This document shows, in pieces, positions 1 through 13,941 of a stretch of DNA of 62,000 bases. Below the pieces are notes generated by a model. The model was given only the letters and a program-made list of their open reading frames with translations, made no database searches and was not told the DNA's origin. The DNA lies in NCBI GenBank assembly GCA_951406725.2, contig OX597826.1, forward strand, positions 60,036,001-60,098,000, written 5' to 3'. This stretch comes from Octopus vulgaris (taxonomy: Eukaryota). Made by a program: the position numbers and the translations under genes. Numbering within the stretch: position 1 is the stretch's first letter; the number at the start of each line of letters is the position of its first letter.

Positions 1-679
1 TCTACGTTGCTATATAGCGTAAACTACACTCAAATAATGTAAGAACTGTCAGTGCGTTTATGAATTTATTAGATTTACCCGATTAGAAGTTGCAATTTTC
101 CTTTCATTAATCGTTTTAGGAACAGCAAAATGAAATATTGATTTGATTAGACTACGTTAAGTTTTTAAGCTCGCTGTGTCGTTCTATGCTTTGCTACGTG
201 TTTCTGCGCGTTATTATGCATTGCTGGGTTATATTAACCACGGTTCGTACGTTTGATTTTGCTATAGCATAACCACAAGAACAATGAAAACGACAATATG
301 CAGTCTTGGACAAAAGATGGACTGGATGTCTTCAATCACAGCTCTGTTAAACTAAAGCAAGCAAGGGACATGTGGGTATTGTTGCGAGGAAAAAGAGAAC
401 AAAATTGGCAAGTACACATCAGCAACTTCATAGACACTGCAACAACACTAGCAATATTTACATCACATTTGCAAGAAAATCACCAACATTAGCAGTAACA
501 ATGACGACCAGCCAATATGAGGCCTGTAAGTGGTTGCTCGATATAGCATCCAAATTTTCAAATTGTGCTCCATAGATTTTAATCAAGGAGTACTTATTTT
601 CATATGATCTTACGCACATTGTATCTCAATACAAGACAGGATGGGCGAGAGTAGGTATCTATAGCAAGAAGTCTTTTAT

Positions 680-840
680 GTTCGATTACGTTCGATGTCC
701 ACCGACTCGTTATTTTGCGGTCAAATTTGTCTGTTATCATTTCGGGGCCGATAAAATGCGTACCCGTGGAGCTACGGGGGAGGATGTAACTGACTTACCA
801 GTTTCCTAAATTTGTTGGGTTTGTGCCAAAAGTTGACACT
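680..840 (+). mobile_element. Diverged SINE family A copy
   Basis: atcatttcggggccgataaaatgcgtacc ... gatgtaactgactt ... ttgtgccaaaagttga aligns by eye to the centre and tail of the family A copies elsewhere in the window. Confidence 0.5.
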
Positions 841-1167
841 ATATGAGTGAGTGGCTGAAACAATAACAACCACAACAATGATTGTGGCATCACAAATGAT
901 AGTAAGAAAATAGCAACATTAACACCACTAACATCAAAACAAAAGCAGCAGTAGTAAAACGGGCACCAGCTCCCACACTGTGAACACAAATAACATGCAG
1001 AAGAGCTACAATCACAAAAATATTACAACAGATTGCAGAATGGCCAATAAGGGAGTCTCTGGCTTTTCTATCGATCTACTAGAAATAATTATTGAATCAC
1101 CATAAAGGCATCCCGTACTCTTTTACATAAGGAAAGCGCTTTTCCATATTCCTCTATTACCCTAAAC

Positions 1168-1482
1168 TATATCTAGGAGCACTCCGTCGGTTACGATGAC
1201 GAGGGTCCCAGATGATACGATAGACGGAACAGCTTGCTCATGAAATTAACGTGCAAGTGACTGAGACTGAGCAATCCACAGATGCTTGTACCCCTAACGT
1301 AGTTCTGAGAGAGATTCAACGTGACACAGAGTGGGACAAGGAGGGCCAGTTGAAATACAGGTACAACTCATTTTTGCCTGCTGAGTGGACTGGAGCAACG
1401 TGAAATAAAGTGTCTTGCTGAACGCGTCGCCGGGAATTGAACTCACGACCTTACAATTGTGAGCCGACTGCCCTAACCACTT
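1168..1482 (-). mobile_element. tRNA-derived CORE-like SINE (family D, tail type 1)
   Basis: Minus strand has a tRNA-like head (agtggttagggcagtcggctcac...gagttcaattccc) followed by cagcaagacactttatttcacgttgctccagtccactcagc, a CORE-like segment shared with the 38768-39080 copy. Confidence 0.8.
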
Positions 1483-2095
1483 CACAACCCTAAAACTAAT
1501 ACTATATTCGTAAAGTTTGTTCCTGTTTACCTAGCATATTTTACAGTGATGACAAAAGAGTTCTAATTATACTCTCATACACACCCAGCCATACATAAAC
1601 GGTGCCATACCCATATGCTCACGCCATCCTTATTCTATAAACACACGATTATATATAGCTGCTTATATGCACATACACGCAACTACGTTTATATTTTTAC
1701 TACTTGCAACTGTTTGTCATGTTAATCTCCTATCCATATATATATATAATCTCAAACCATCTATTACAAATCTATTGATACATATTTTCATGCTGTTTAT
1801 CTTTCTGTTAACTTCTTAATTTGCCCGGCATTCAATGACAATCAAATGCACTCACCTCTACTAAAACCTCCAAGCATGTCTATACTTTTCTAATGCCATT
1901 GTATACCATACACGCCTATATCAACCAAATTTTTTTTATTCTAATTAAAATTTAGTCTTTTTTCCTCTTTCTATCTTGGCAAAGACCTCCTGTCCGAAAT
2001 GTCAATTTCTGTTGCGCTTCTTCAAATTGTAATACATATACAACGTGGGTGTTTGCCTTCATTCATGATTTGTCTTCTGAATTAATTTCTGTCAG

Positions 2096-2168
2096 AAACA
2101 AATCCCCAGACGCACCAGATATCGGATTACTTATCATTAATTTGAATCAGGATTGTGGCGATAACAAC
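2096..2168 (+). CDS. Candidate internal exon (NKSPDAPDIGLLIINLNQDCGDNN), product unidentified
   Basis: Acceptor aatttctgtcag, donor gtaagt, 73 nt, one open frame. No recognised homology. Confidence 0.3.
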
Positions 2169-2839
2169 GTAAGTGACACAAGTTTTTCTAGTTTCGCTAC
2201 ATAAATTTGAAATACAATGTTGAAAAATGAAATGGTGACTGGTTTTATTGAACAAAAAATATTTGGTAAATAACTGTTTCGCAACTGAATCGCTTAAACT
2301 AAAAACAAAATCTGAAATATATAAAATGTGAAATTTATTAGAAACACAAAAAAGTACAATAAATTCATTTACTGAAAACTATCTCTTTCTCAACTAAAAA
2401 ATAATAATTTCTATTATCCATCGTTTAATTGAATGCAGTTTTCAAATAATGTGCCAATGTTCTGTCTTAGGCCCGCTAAATAAATTATAGATGGGTTGAA
2501 GGGATTTACAGTCACGTAAATTTGATGCCAACAAAATTTTAAACTTTATCAGGAATTTGAAAGTTTTTTCATCTTTTGCAAATTGGAAACCTTAAAGAAT
2601 AAAATGTTTTTCATTTTAAAGGCCATGAAGAAAAGCAGAACTGTAGACATAATTTATTGATAACAATGCAAAATAATTCGCATCAGTCGCATATCATCCG
2701 ATACTGTGCTGCAGAAAATTACATTTTCACGAACCGAGTCGAAGAAATGTAATTTTTCTGTAGAAAAATATCTCGCTCTCTCGCTCTCTCTCACTGATTT
2801 CCATATGTATATATACATTTATATATTAGTTTTATATAT

Positions 2840-2870
<31 letters not shown>

Positions 2871-2889
2871 ACACACATATGTATATATA

Positions 2890-2921
<32 letters not shown>

Positions 2922-3220
2922 AATATACACGCAACATACACGTATACACACACAGGCACGCATATTCTGGTATACGCATATTAGGGCAAAGAGAAATGTA
3001 TTTTGTGAAAATTTGTACACACGGTATAGTATTATTATACAGACTACATGAAGCAAGTCCTGACGTAATTCATTTAAGTACATCGTCTGTATCTCTTTAG
3101 ATTTGTTCCTTGTATTAGGTTCATTCACATAGGTGAAACATGCTTCGTTTAATAGATTCCCAATGCTTTCAAATGGCCTGTTTGTGTGTGTGGCAGTCAC
3201 CTCCACTCTCTCTCTCTCTT

Positions 3221-3262
<42 letters not shown>

Positions 3263-3481
3263 GTGCGTGTGTGTGTATACATATAAATATATGATACATA
3301 TGTAAATATATCATACATATATTCATTTGCAATACACATAAATATATATATATATTTAGAGACACACAATCATATATATATATATACAAATACTATCTAT
3401 CTATCTATCTTTCTATCTATCTATCTGTCTATCTATCTATTTATCTATGCATCTAACTCTATCTCCGTCCCTATCTATTTA

Positions 3482-3513
<32 letters not shown>

Positions 3514-3519
3514 GCTCTC

Positions 3520-3558
<39 letters not shown>

Positions 3559-4904
3559 AGAGAGAGGGAAACAGAAATACTTATACATATATATCAATAT
3601 ATATATATGTATATATTCACACAGTATATGTATATTTATAAATCTATACAGAATTTTGTCTAAATATATATATATACATGTTTGTCCGCACGCACACGTG
3701 GTTGTGTGATTGTGCGTGTGGGTACACACCTATGTGTGTGGGTGTGTGGACATTAGCTGAAAGCCATAACATTTGGAGAAAGAAGAGAGCTCTGTCTATT
3801 AAATTTAAAGTAGACGCCAACGGGAGTCGAAATAACTATGTAGAAGCAATGTCGTGCACTTAGCCTCTGGCTTTGCTATATCTGTCGGTTCTCAATTTTC
3901 CTGAATATTTATGAATATTTATGTGATGTCTCCACACCGATGGATTTTACTATTTTCATGGACATCAACACATTTTAAGCTGCATCCAAATGCAAAGCAT
4001 TCGGTCCTTAAAAGCATCATTCAGCCATTAGCGCAGAGATATACTTTTGATTTTGTTTCTACTTTCTGTTCCGATTTGAAAAGGCCTGTTACTCTAGACT
4101 GGTAAAATTTCATATCCCATCTTGTGAAGTCCACCCAAACAATCTTTCGTATTTATCTCTATCATTTCTCTTAACGCCTTAAACCAATACAAATCATTTT
4201 AAAATTACGTTTGTTTTTTTCCCCTTTTTAAACAAATCTCGTTCGACATGCTCGCCACATTCAGGTTTTTCCAATTTTAATGTCTGGCATCGCTTAATCT
4301 TATCGTTTATCCACTACAGTATTTCCTTAAAATCTCCCCCACCTTACATTTTCTTTTTCTCTGTTTCTACATTCTTCTTTTTAAATACATATTTTTTTCA
4401 AATACAGTTTGTTGAAACTGAAAACATTCCTGACAGAAAACTCTACCTCTACAGCACCTTTCAATTTTCATTTACAGCTTTTTTCGTCTGCACTCGTCTG
4501 AAACGCTCTTTTATTATTTCTCGCTCTCTCGTGCGCGCGCTCACCTTCACATGTCATTGTTGAACACCTAGCACAAGCAATTATTTATTGCGATCAAATA
4601 ATTGTGGCATACATTAGCTCGCTCAATCAAGTAGACGCTGCCTGTACGGGTGGGTGCAAGCTATAACGGAAGATAGTATGGAAGTGATTCTAGAACAAAG
4701 AGAAATAAAGAGTTTTGCTCAAGAGCACAATGCACACCACCGACCAGAAACTGAAACCACGATCTTGCGATAGTCAATGCAACATGCTAACCGCGTGCTC
4801 CCGCGCCTTTATGCATATGTATATACATGTACATGTAAATATATGTGTGTGTATGTGTGTCTGTGTGCGTATGTGTGTTTGGGCATATATATATACACAC
4901 ACAC

Positions 4905-5040
4905 ACATAGAGTCCGATAGAATAATTACTAGGCTTACAAAGAATAAGTCTTGGGATCCATTCGTCCGACTTAATGCGGTGCTCCAGCATGGCCGCAGTC
5001 AAATGACTGAAACGAGTAAAAGAAAAAAAAGAAAGAAGAT
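4905..5040 (+). mobile_element. SINE family B, 3' part
   Basis: gatagaataattactaggcttacaaagaataagtcttggg...gcggtgctccagcatggccgcagtcaaatgactgaaac tail, shared with more than 10 copies in the window. Confidence 0.85.
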
Positions 5041-5639
5041 ATATATTAATATATATACATGTACATACATACAGACACGTACTTACAGTCTCATACAGAC
5101 ATACGCACACAAACACACCCACATGCATAACAACAACTACAACAACATCAAGAGAGAGAGAACTTTATATATAGCGCCTAGGAAAAATATTACGAAATGC
5201 AAAATGCACACGGTCTTTCGTGTTGGAATAAATTTCATCATTTTAAAATAGAGTAACGGTAAAACCTGAATAAATATGCAAAATTGAGAGACTTACATCT
5301 TTTGTAGGAATAAAAGTAGAATATTTGTGATTTTATTCTTACACTGATTTTGATGACATAGTGTACAATGTTACAATCAAATTTCTTAAACGTATAAAGT
5401 TCCATATTCCATATATTATAATTACATACAGTTTTCATTTCGTATCTTGATAAGAATTTAAGTGTCTATGTGTAATGAGACCGTGTTAGCCTTACGCTAT
5501 GCTATAATCTGATGTACGTATCGGAAGAAACTGCGTTAAAAATACAGTATAGATAGAGCATGCGAGAAAAATAACCTTGTACATTAATATACAAAATATA
5601 AGTTCACTTGGGATGTAAATTTACGCATTTCAAATATTA

Positions 5640-5917
5640 TTTTCTACGCTAAGTACAAGGCCCGAACGTTTCTGCCAGCTCGCCGCCTTACGCATTTTAA
5701 ATATCATTTTCTATTCTAGGCACAAGGGCCGAAACATTGGGGGAGGTGGCCAGTCGATTGGATTGACCCGAGTACGCCACTGGTACTTAATTTATGAACC
5801 CCGAAAGGATGAAACGCAAAGTCAACCTCGGAGGAATTTCAACTCAGAACGTAAAGACAGACGAAATACGGCTAAGTATTTCACCCGGCATGCTAATGTT
5901 TCTGCCAGAACGCTGCC
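5640..5917 (-). mobile_element. SINE family A: 48-bp head-tail mini copy (5640-5687) plus full copy (5707-5917)
   Basis: Family A head (ggcggcgagctggcagaaacgtt), B-box-like gagttgaaattcc, centre and tail; flanked by three copies of ttacgcattt(t/c)aaatat(c/t)a. Confidence 0.85.
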
Positions 5918-5984
5918 TTACGCATTTTAAATATCAAGATTTAAATATTTTCACAAATATTGTTACTTCAAATGAATTGACATC

Positions 5985-6217
5985 TTTTATTTCTCTTTTT
6001 TATTCGTTTCAGACATTAAACTTCATTCATAATTCGGCATCACTTTCAAGAATTTTAATCGAACGAATCGACCTCAATACTTATTTTTTTTTAAGTATCG
6101 GTATTCATTCTATCAGCCTCTTTTGCGGAACTGCTAAGTTATGAGGACATAAATACACCAGCATCTATTTTGGGGGGCAAGCTTAGACACAAAGACATAC
6201 ACACACACATATGTATG

Positions 6218-6276
<59 letters not shown>

Positions 6277-6290
6277 CGGATTTTTTAAAG
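5985..6290 (-). mobile_element. Diverged SINE family B with expanded internal (TA)n
   Basis: ttctatcagcctcttttgcggaactgctaagttatgaggacataaatacaccagcatc matches the reverse complement of the family B 3' half. Confidence 0.7.
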
Positions 6291-7861
6291 CTAAATAAAG
6301 TTTAATGAGATTTAATGAAAGACATCAGTTAATCTTATAACTGGAGCCAGGCAACGGAAAACAGTTTTTTAAGCATTACAACAAGCAGTGCAATTTATGC
6401 CCAATGAAAAACCTTGGAATTATCTTAAATGAATATGAAGGAACGAATTTGAACTTACGTATGTAAGTTCTCAATAGCTCACCCCTAATACAAACCTCTG
6501 AGTTAATTAGATATATAAACAGATCCCTATTTATATTGACCACCGTCTATCTACAAGTTTTGCACTGTGACTTGGAATGATTTTAGTTCCCATTCTCAAT
6601 TATGTTATCCTACATTATTTCATTCTCATTAGCTTTCTTGACTTCTAGTTGCAACAGCCTATATACCTTAAACCTAAATTATTAAATACAGGTTTTTTTT
6701 TCTTTTTGTCTTCTTGATATCTTTTCCTATATCCGTAGTTCAAAACTATGCCATTCTTAGAAATGCCTACTTCAACTCATTAATTTAACTTTCGTTTTAT
6801 TATCATCATAACAATCATTCTTTTAATATTTAGGTGCTACATTCTATACCATGTTCCTAAGCTTAACGCTGAAGTATATTTAATTATTCTATTTCATTCA
6901 CTTGCATTTATCGTAATTATATATTATCTATTCACTTATTGCACGCCTGCCATTATATTTTCATAATTATAGCTAGACTTTTATCTAACTATACCTATCA
7001 TAAATATTATTTCTAATATCTATTCTTATGCCACATAATTATCTATCTGGACCGTTTCAAATTTTTTTAAATTTTGATTCCTCAGTTTTATATTTTTATA
7101 GGTCAAACCTTATCTCGTGTGCTACTTCAATATTTTAGGTTGCTTACCTAACCAGTATATTTTTAATTTAAAATGAAAATTTCAGCTTTATTTGTTATAC
7201 CCTATTAATCCTATATTTTCATTCGTTTATTATTTGCTTTTAATTATTATGTTATTAAAAATGTATTTTAATTATCTGTAAATATTTCCAGACTTCCTGC
7301 TAATTTTACCATTTATACAAGTTTTCTCAGTATTTTTACGTAGCATTTTATGTAAGCGCAGTGGTGATATTTCTATAGTAAATATATACAATACAATGCA
7401 TTATTAAACTTCGCTCACTTAATTTCATTACTGAAACTATATCTATTTAATCAAATTCTACCGTTCTCTGTAAAATTACCCCCACTGACTTCCATACAAA
7501 TTTAAAAAAAAAAGATACAAAATGAAAAACTGTGAATCTTAAAATGCAGCTGTAATTTCTGAAGGAAGAAAATTCCGGCGAATTTGAAGCAGACTTTTAC
7601 AAGCTATTCGTTTATTTTTTGTATTTGCATTATGTTGATGATCATTATTCCTCTTCCCTGTACGCTAACATTATTCAAAATATCGATTTTATCTTTACCT
7701 CGCTTTCTATTCCTACAGTACTTTATACCAAATCAATTCCCGTGTAGTACTCTCATATTGATGTCTCAAAACTTTTACTATGAGTTATACAATACACACT
7801 ATTTTCAATAAATGTCTTTTGCTCACACACACACGCAAACATACATACGTATACACACATA

Positions 7862-8147
7862 TGCATATCGTTCGTCACCCTTTTCAAGCCTAGCCAGGCT
7901 CATGAGCCCGGTATTTGTTCCACCCTACCTACCCAGCTGGACAGGACGCCAGTCCATCGCAGCGTTACTCAAGAAACAGGAAGAGAGAGCGAGAGAAAGT
8001 TGTGGTGAAAGAGTACAACAGTCACCACCGCCGCCTGCCGGAGCCTCGACGTGCTTTTAGGTGTTTTCGCTCAATAAACACATACAACGCCCGGGCTGGG
8101 AATCGAAACCGCGATTCCGCTTCCCTAACCACTGGGCCATCGCACCT

Positions 8148-8149
<2 letters not shown>
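7862..8149 (-). mobile_element. tRNA-derived SINE family C, alternative 3' module
   Basis: Head ggaggtgcgatggcccagtggttagggaagcggaatcgcggtttcgattccc (A and B boxes) matches the 42-kb copies; the 3' half differs (ctgcgatggactggcgtcctgtccag). Confidence 0.85.
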
Positions 8150-8228
<79 letters not shown>

Positions 8229-9199
8229 CATACATAATTGCATATTTGTTGAAGATGAGATAGAATGACTAAATTCTAATTGTATTGAGAACATTAATTG
8301 TAATCTGATTTGAAATATTTTTTGGATCTAAGTTAACGTTTACGAATTCCATGCAAGGACCATTTGGTATAAATTAACCTGTTGACATGTATTGCAATGA
8401 TATATTTCAACATATCACAACATAACATTATAACAAGCAAACTTTGAAAGCTTAGTATGCTATGACACTTAGTAAGTAATTAAAGTGCTTTGGGTGTAGA
8501 AACGTTTATACGAGTTCTGACATGAAGCAGTTTCTGATATGGTTCAGTTGACTTGGATGCTCGGGTAATGACGAGAGCTGCTAATAACTCCACCTAATTA
8601 CAGTGATGCAACTTAATTACCCATATTTTTCTCATTACATCCACTTGAGAGAAAACTCTATCCTCTTTATATGGACCTCACCTATATTATGAAACCGGCT
8701 CTTCTTCACAACTTATTTGATGATGCTGTCAGCACACTCACAAGTGCGCCACCTGCTGCTACACATTGAGCTCCCAGGTAACGTTGTTGAGAGATTATTT
8801 AACACAGGACATGCAGAACATCTAGCTTTCTCACCGGTTAAATAACTAAAATTATATATAAGCTTTGAATGAAAGTGTGTTATTACAAACTACTGAGAAA
8901 ATAATTCTCTAATATTTTCAGATAGACAATATTCATATATCTGTCTGTATTCTTAACCTTGTTAGTCTATAGTAGTTATTAAAATAATTAGTGAGATTGT
9001 TCACAAAGAGACATGAAGCACTATTGACGAATCACTTGTACATAAGAAGAACTGCAATCCTTTTTGCAGATTTTTTTTTATTAAAATGCCTTCTACTTTT
9101 TACGAGAAGCACATTCATATTTATCTTTTCATACTTATAATGTATTACAAAAATTTCATAACACAAAATATTTTGGCGTCTTCTTATCCGTTTCTACGT

Positions 9200-9870
9200 C
9201 CGTTTAGCTTCGTCAGGATGGAATCTGCTTTGGAATTTTGGATCAGTAAATTCAAGAAGAAAAACAACCCCTTGAGCGGTAACATCATCCTTGAAAAAGC
9301 GCGGAAATTATACCAGCAGCTCGACAGAGGGGGCAGATTAGAAGGCACTGAAGAACCGTAACTAAGACCATTGACTGCACCGGAGAGCAAGGGATAGTTT
9401 TGACCGTTTCCACAAACGGTTTAAAATAAAATTTGTTTCTCTACATGGGAAGACAGCATTAGCCGACAAAAACACCGCCGAAAAGGGCCTCGAGACCTTC
9501 AGGTAGATGATCGAGGACAAGGGATACAAGCTGGAAGAGGTTTTCTGTATGGACGAGACTGGCTTGTTCTGGAATAAGATACCTTCCAGAATGTACATCA
9601 TAAATGCCGAAGCCAGGGTCTCAGCATTTAGGGCACAGGAGGACAGGCTGATGCTAATAACGTGTGGCAATGCTGCTGGCTACACGAGGAGACCAGGACT
9701 TATCTACAAGTCTGTGAACCCAAGGAACTATCAATCTATCTATATATATATATTTTACGTTATATGTTGACATTTATAAGCATTTTTCTGGACTACATCC
9801 AATATTCGCGGTTTTTTACTATTCGCGGGTGCTCTAGTAACGTAACCACGCAAAGACCGGGGGAATACTG
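9200..9870 (+). pseudogene. Tigger/pogo-family transposase remnant with right TIR
   Basis: CENP-B-type HTH (ESALEFWISKFKKKNNPLSGNIILEKARKLYQQL, SKG*FDRFHKRF) and DDE start (VFCMDETGLFWNKIPSRMYI...DRLMLITCGNAAG) with several stops. Subterminal tattcgcgg repeats and the end cgcaaagaccgggggaatactg are Tigger-like. Confidence 0.9.
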
Positions 9871-9871
9871 C

Positions 9872-10771
9872 GATCCTTTCTATTATAGGCACAAGGCCTG
9901 AATTTTAGGGGAGGGTAACGTTCGATTACATCGACCCCAATTCTCAACCGGTACTTATTTCATCGGATCCGAAAGGATGAACGGTAAAGCCGACCTCGGT
10001 GGAATTTGATCTCAGAGCATAAGGACGAATGAAATGCCACGAAGCATTTTGCCCGGCGTGCTAACGTTTCTGCCAGCTCACCCCTTTATCACCATTAATA
10101 ATAAAGAGATCTGGTGCACACACAGGGTCCCACGTTAAGATAAAACATCCAGTCGCTAATATCGATTTCATATTTTGGCACAAAGCCAGACGTTTCGGCG
10201 TAGGTCGATTATATCAACCCAAGCATTCAACCGGTACATATTTTATTGAAACCCGAAAAAATTAAATGCAAAGTAGACACTGTCAGAATTTGAATCCTGA
10301 ACGTAAAGCCGAGCGAAATGCCGTTAAGCATTTCACTCGTTGTACTAACGATTCTTATTTATTTAGTGCCCACAAGAGGCTACACACAGAGGGGACAAAC
10401 AAGGACAGACGAACGGATTAAGTCGATTATATCGACCCCAATGCGTAACTGGTACTTATTTAATCGACCCTGAAAGGGTAAAAGGCAAATTCGACCTGGG
10501 CGGAATTTGAACTCAGAACGTAGCGGCAGACGAAATACCTATTTCTTTACTACCCACAAGGGGCTACACACAGAGGGGACAAAAGAAGGACAGACGAACG
10601 GATTAAGTCGATTATAACGACTCCAATGCGTAACTGGTACTTATTTAATCAACCCCGAAAGGATGAAAGGCAAAGTCGACCTCGGCGGAATTTGAACTCA
10701 GTACGTAACGGCAGACGAAATACGGCTACGCATTTCGCCCGGCGTGCTAACGTTTCTGCCAGGTCGCCGCC
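9872..10771 (-). mobile_element. Cluster of four head-to-tail SINE family A copies
   Basis: Copies at about 9872-10083, 10160-10355, 10356-10538 (5'-truncated) and 10539-10771, each with the gtcgac...tttcatcctttcggggtcgat...aagtaccagt centre. Confidence 0.9.
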
Positions 10772-11622
10772 TTACGCAGTCGTTAATATCGAGCTTCGTA
10801 TTTCGGAAGTTCTAATATTAACTGTCCAGTTATAGAGATCAAACTCAGAACATTTCGGTTATTATCAGTCAGTTAGAAAAGAAATCACGACGTAATTTAA
10901 CAAAACTAAATACCAGTGCGGTTAATGATAAGAAGAGATAACACAAAGCATACAGATAAACCATAGATTCGATAATATTAAACTTAGTACTCTGCAGGTC
11001 CTCATATTAAATATTCAGTTATAAAGAATATGGCTAGAATCATTCGGTTAGAACCTAATTTAACGAAACTAAATAACAACGTGTCTAATGGTAAGAAAAG
11101 ATAATATAATAATTATAAAATAATAACACAAAATACTAAAATATATATCATTCTGATATGATTACATATTTCTTGGATATCACTAAAAAATATCTTGAAA
11201 TTGGAAATTAGGAAATTAACAAGTAAAAAAAATCATAAAATCATTTATACACAAAAGTGACAGCAAAATAACAAGGACCAAATATGGAAAGTCTAATGAG
11301 AAACACATGATATAACACACGCAGTATCAACATCTAAATATCACATTGAAATATCAACAAGAAAATTATCCTCGAGAGGAAATGATGAGAGATAATGAGG
11401 TAGAGAGGAAGTAGAAATTTTAAGTTTCTCGTAATATACAAATTAGTGATATAACGCAGAGGAATGTGGAAGTAAAAATCAACTTCGTAATATCAAAGCC
11501 AATTAGCTGGCTCTCTCATCTACAATCTTACATGGTTCCAAATCAGAAATCATATACGCAGTAAACGTGTATATGTGTATTACACACCCAAAGCACACAC
11601 ACACACACAGACACACACCCAA

Positions 11623-11666
<44 letters not shown>

Positions 11667-11764
11667 ACATACACACATATATTATATAGAATAAAAAGAT
11701 GGAAAGTATATTTGATTTATTGGGTACGACACATGTTTCGACCCGAAGAATTCCTCCATTATAT

Positions 11765-11851
<87 letters not shown>

Positions 11852-11860
11852 CATGCACAT

Positions 11861-11907
<47 letters not shown>

Positions 11908-12917
11908 TATATATATATGTATACATATATATATATGTGTGTGTGTGCATGTGTGTGTAATCATGTTATGTATATATACAGATATATATATATGCATACA
12001 TGCATTTTATATATGCATATGTGTGTGTATATCAAAATATGTAATTATATATTGTGTGCGTGTGTATGTGTGTTTAATATACAGATGTTCGATATGCATA
12101 TAAAGTTGATGAAAGATGATGCACTTGATGAAAGATTAATAAGGAAATGCACCGATCTACTCTGTTTCTGCTACAAGAAAGCATCCCACATATCAATATT
12201 ATACACAAAAACGCAAAAGGCATTATATTCGTGTTTGTGTATGTACGGATGGATGTGTATGTGTATACGCTTGTGTGCGTATATTTATGTATATGTTTGT
12301 ATAAAAATACGTATATATATATATATGTAATTTTTCAGAAGGAACTGTTTGACAGTAACTTCGAAATTTCGGCTTGCTAGCTGTCATTGTTAAACTTTTC
12401 TTTGTTAAAATTAATAAATAATATATACTTTCCTAAAATTACTGAGTTCCCTTTAAATACACTCCTTCAGTTTAATTTTAAATTATTTTTATACATAACT
12501 GCACATCAATATATTTATTGATGCATGTAAATACAAAGAATTCAAGTTCTCAGACTACATATTTTTCAATATAATTATTTGTATAATATTTTTTCCTAAG
12601 GACACAGTCCTTTAAATTTCGAATAACGTAGTTAGTGCATTACATTAACCCCCACAATTCACTGATACTCTATTTTATCGATCACAAAAAAAACATAAAT
12701 AAAGCTAATGATTTTGGCGGGATTTGAACTCCAAACAATAACTTAGTATAACTTAGTATAACCAGTGGAAGAGGTTTCTTTTCTTTTTATTTTTGCCGAC
12801 TCAGCCAATCCACTGCCGACGAGACCGATATGCATGTTCCTGAAGAGTACGATGCTTTCAATTACTGAGAATCTGGTTTTTGGATCGGATCAGCTAGCCT
12901 CTTAATGAATTTCATTC

Positions 12918-13306
12918 GCTCTTTTACTTGTTTCAGTCATGTGAATGTGGCCATGCTGGAGCACCACCTTTACTCGAGCGAACCGACCCCAGGACTTATT
13001 CTTTGTAAGCCTAGTACTTATTCTATCGGTCTCGTTTGCCGAACCGCTAAGTGACGGGGACGTAAACACACCAACATCGGTTGTCAAGTGATGTTGCGGG
13101 GACAAAAACACACACACAAACATATACACAACATGAATATATACATATATACGACGTGCTTCATTCAGTTTCCGTCTACCAAATCCACTCACAAGGCTTT
13201 GGTCAGCCCGAGGCTATAGTAGAAGACATTTGCCCAAGGTGCCTCGCAGTGGGACTGAACGTGGAACCATGTGGTTTGAAAGCAAGTTACGTACCACGCA
13301 ATCAAC
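12918..13306 (-). mobile_element. Full-length SINE family B
   Basis: tRNA-like head (ccacatggttccacgttcagtcccactgcgaggcaccttgggcaa), gccttgtgagtggatttggtagacggaaactgaa, internal microsatellite and 3' tail. Confidence 0.9.
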
Positions 13307-13435
13307 TTCTAGTGCGTTAGTCCCACACTTTCCTTGTCTCTAACGTCCTTCTACAAGGATAAACATCTCGACTGTGATAGACTTTGTAGAATGTGTACAA
13401 GCATAGATATTCTGCTAACCAAGTATTTTCCTTAG

Positions 13436-13476
13436 TTTTGTCTTTATTTATAACATGGATCAAACCCTGAATGTGG
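13436..13476 (+). other. Candidate 41-nt exon (FVFIYNMDQTLNV)
   Basis: Branch-point-like gctaac, acceptor tattttccttag, donor G|gtaagc; one open frame. Confidence 0.3.
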
Positions 13477-13685
13477 GTAAGCTATAGATGCATAGTTCAA
13501 TACATACCATCACAGGTATTCCATTCGTGACCTACTCTTCATGTTTTAACGTGCAGGAAAAGCAGGAAGACTTTATACGTTGCCGTTTCTAAAAATGAAA
13601 ATATTTTATAAAGATTGAGCTATTATTTCTATTATTTCTATCACGTTGAACGTGATATAAGCTTACTTAAACTCATTCATATTTG

Positions 13686-13749
<64 letters not shown>

Positions 13750-13892
13750 CTATGTATGTATGTGTATATGCATAGATGGATAGATAGAGATAGAGAGCTT
13801 TACACACACTCACATATATATGTATATATATATATATATATACATACATAGAGAGAGAGGTGGGTGAGAGATAGTTGGATAGACAGATATTT

Positions 13893-13941
<49 letters not shown>

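Noticed and set aside
268-575. ORFs 298-492 and 372-575
   Set aside because: No recognisable domain, partly CAA-rich low complexity, and the donor phase does not match the next candidate exon.
2985-3190. Non-repetitive open stretch within ORF 2832-3389 (-)
   Set aside because: No splice signals or homology recognised; one such stretch is plausible by chance in six frames of 62 kb.
3740-4720. Complex sequence suggestive of a decayed transposon
   Set aside because: No diagnostic motif could be read in any frame, so it is left unclassified.
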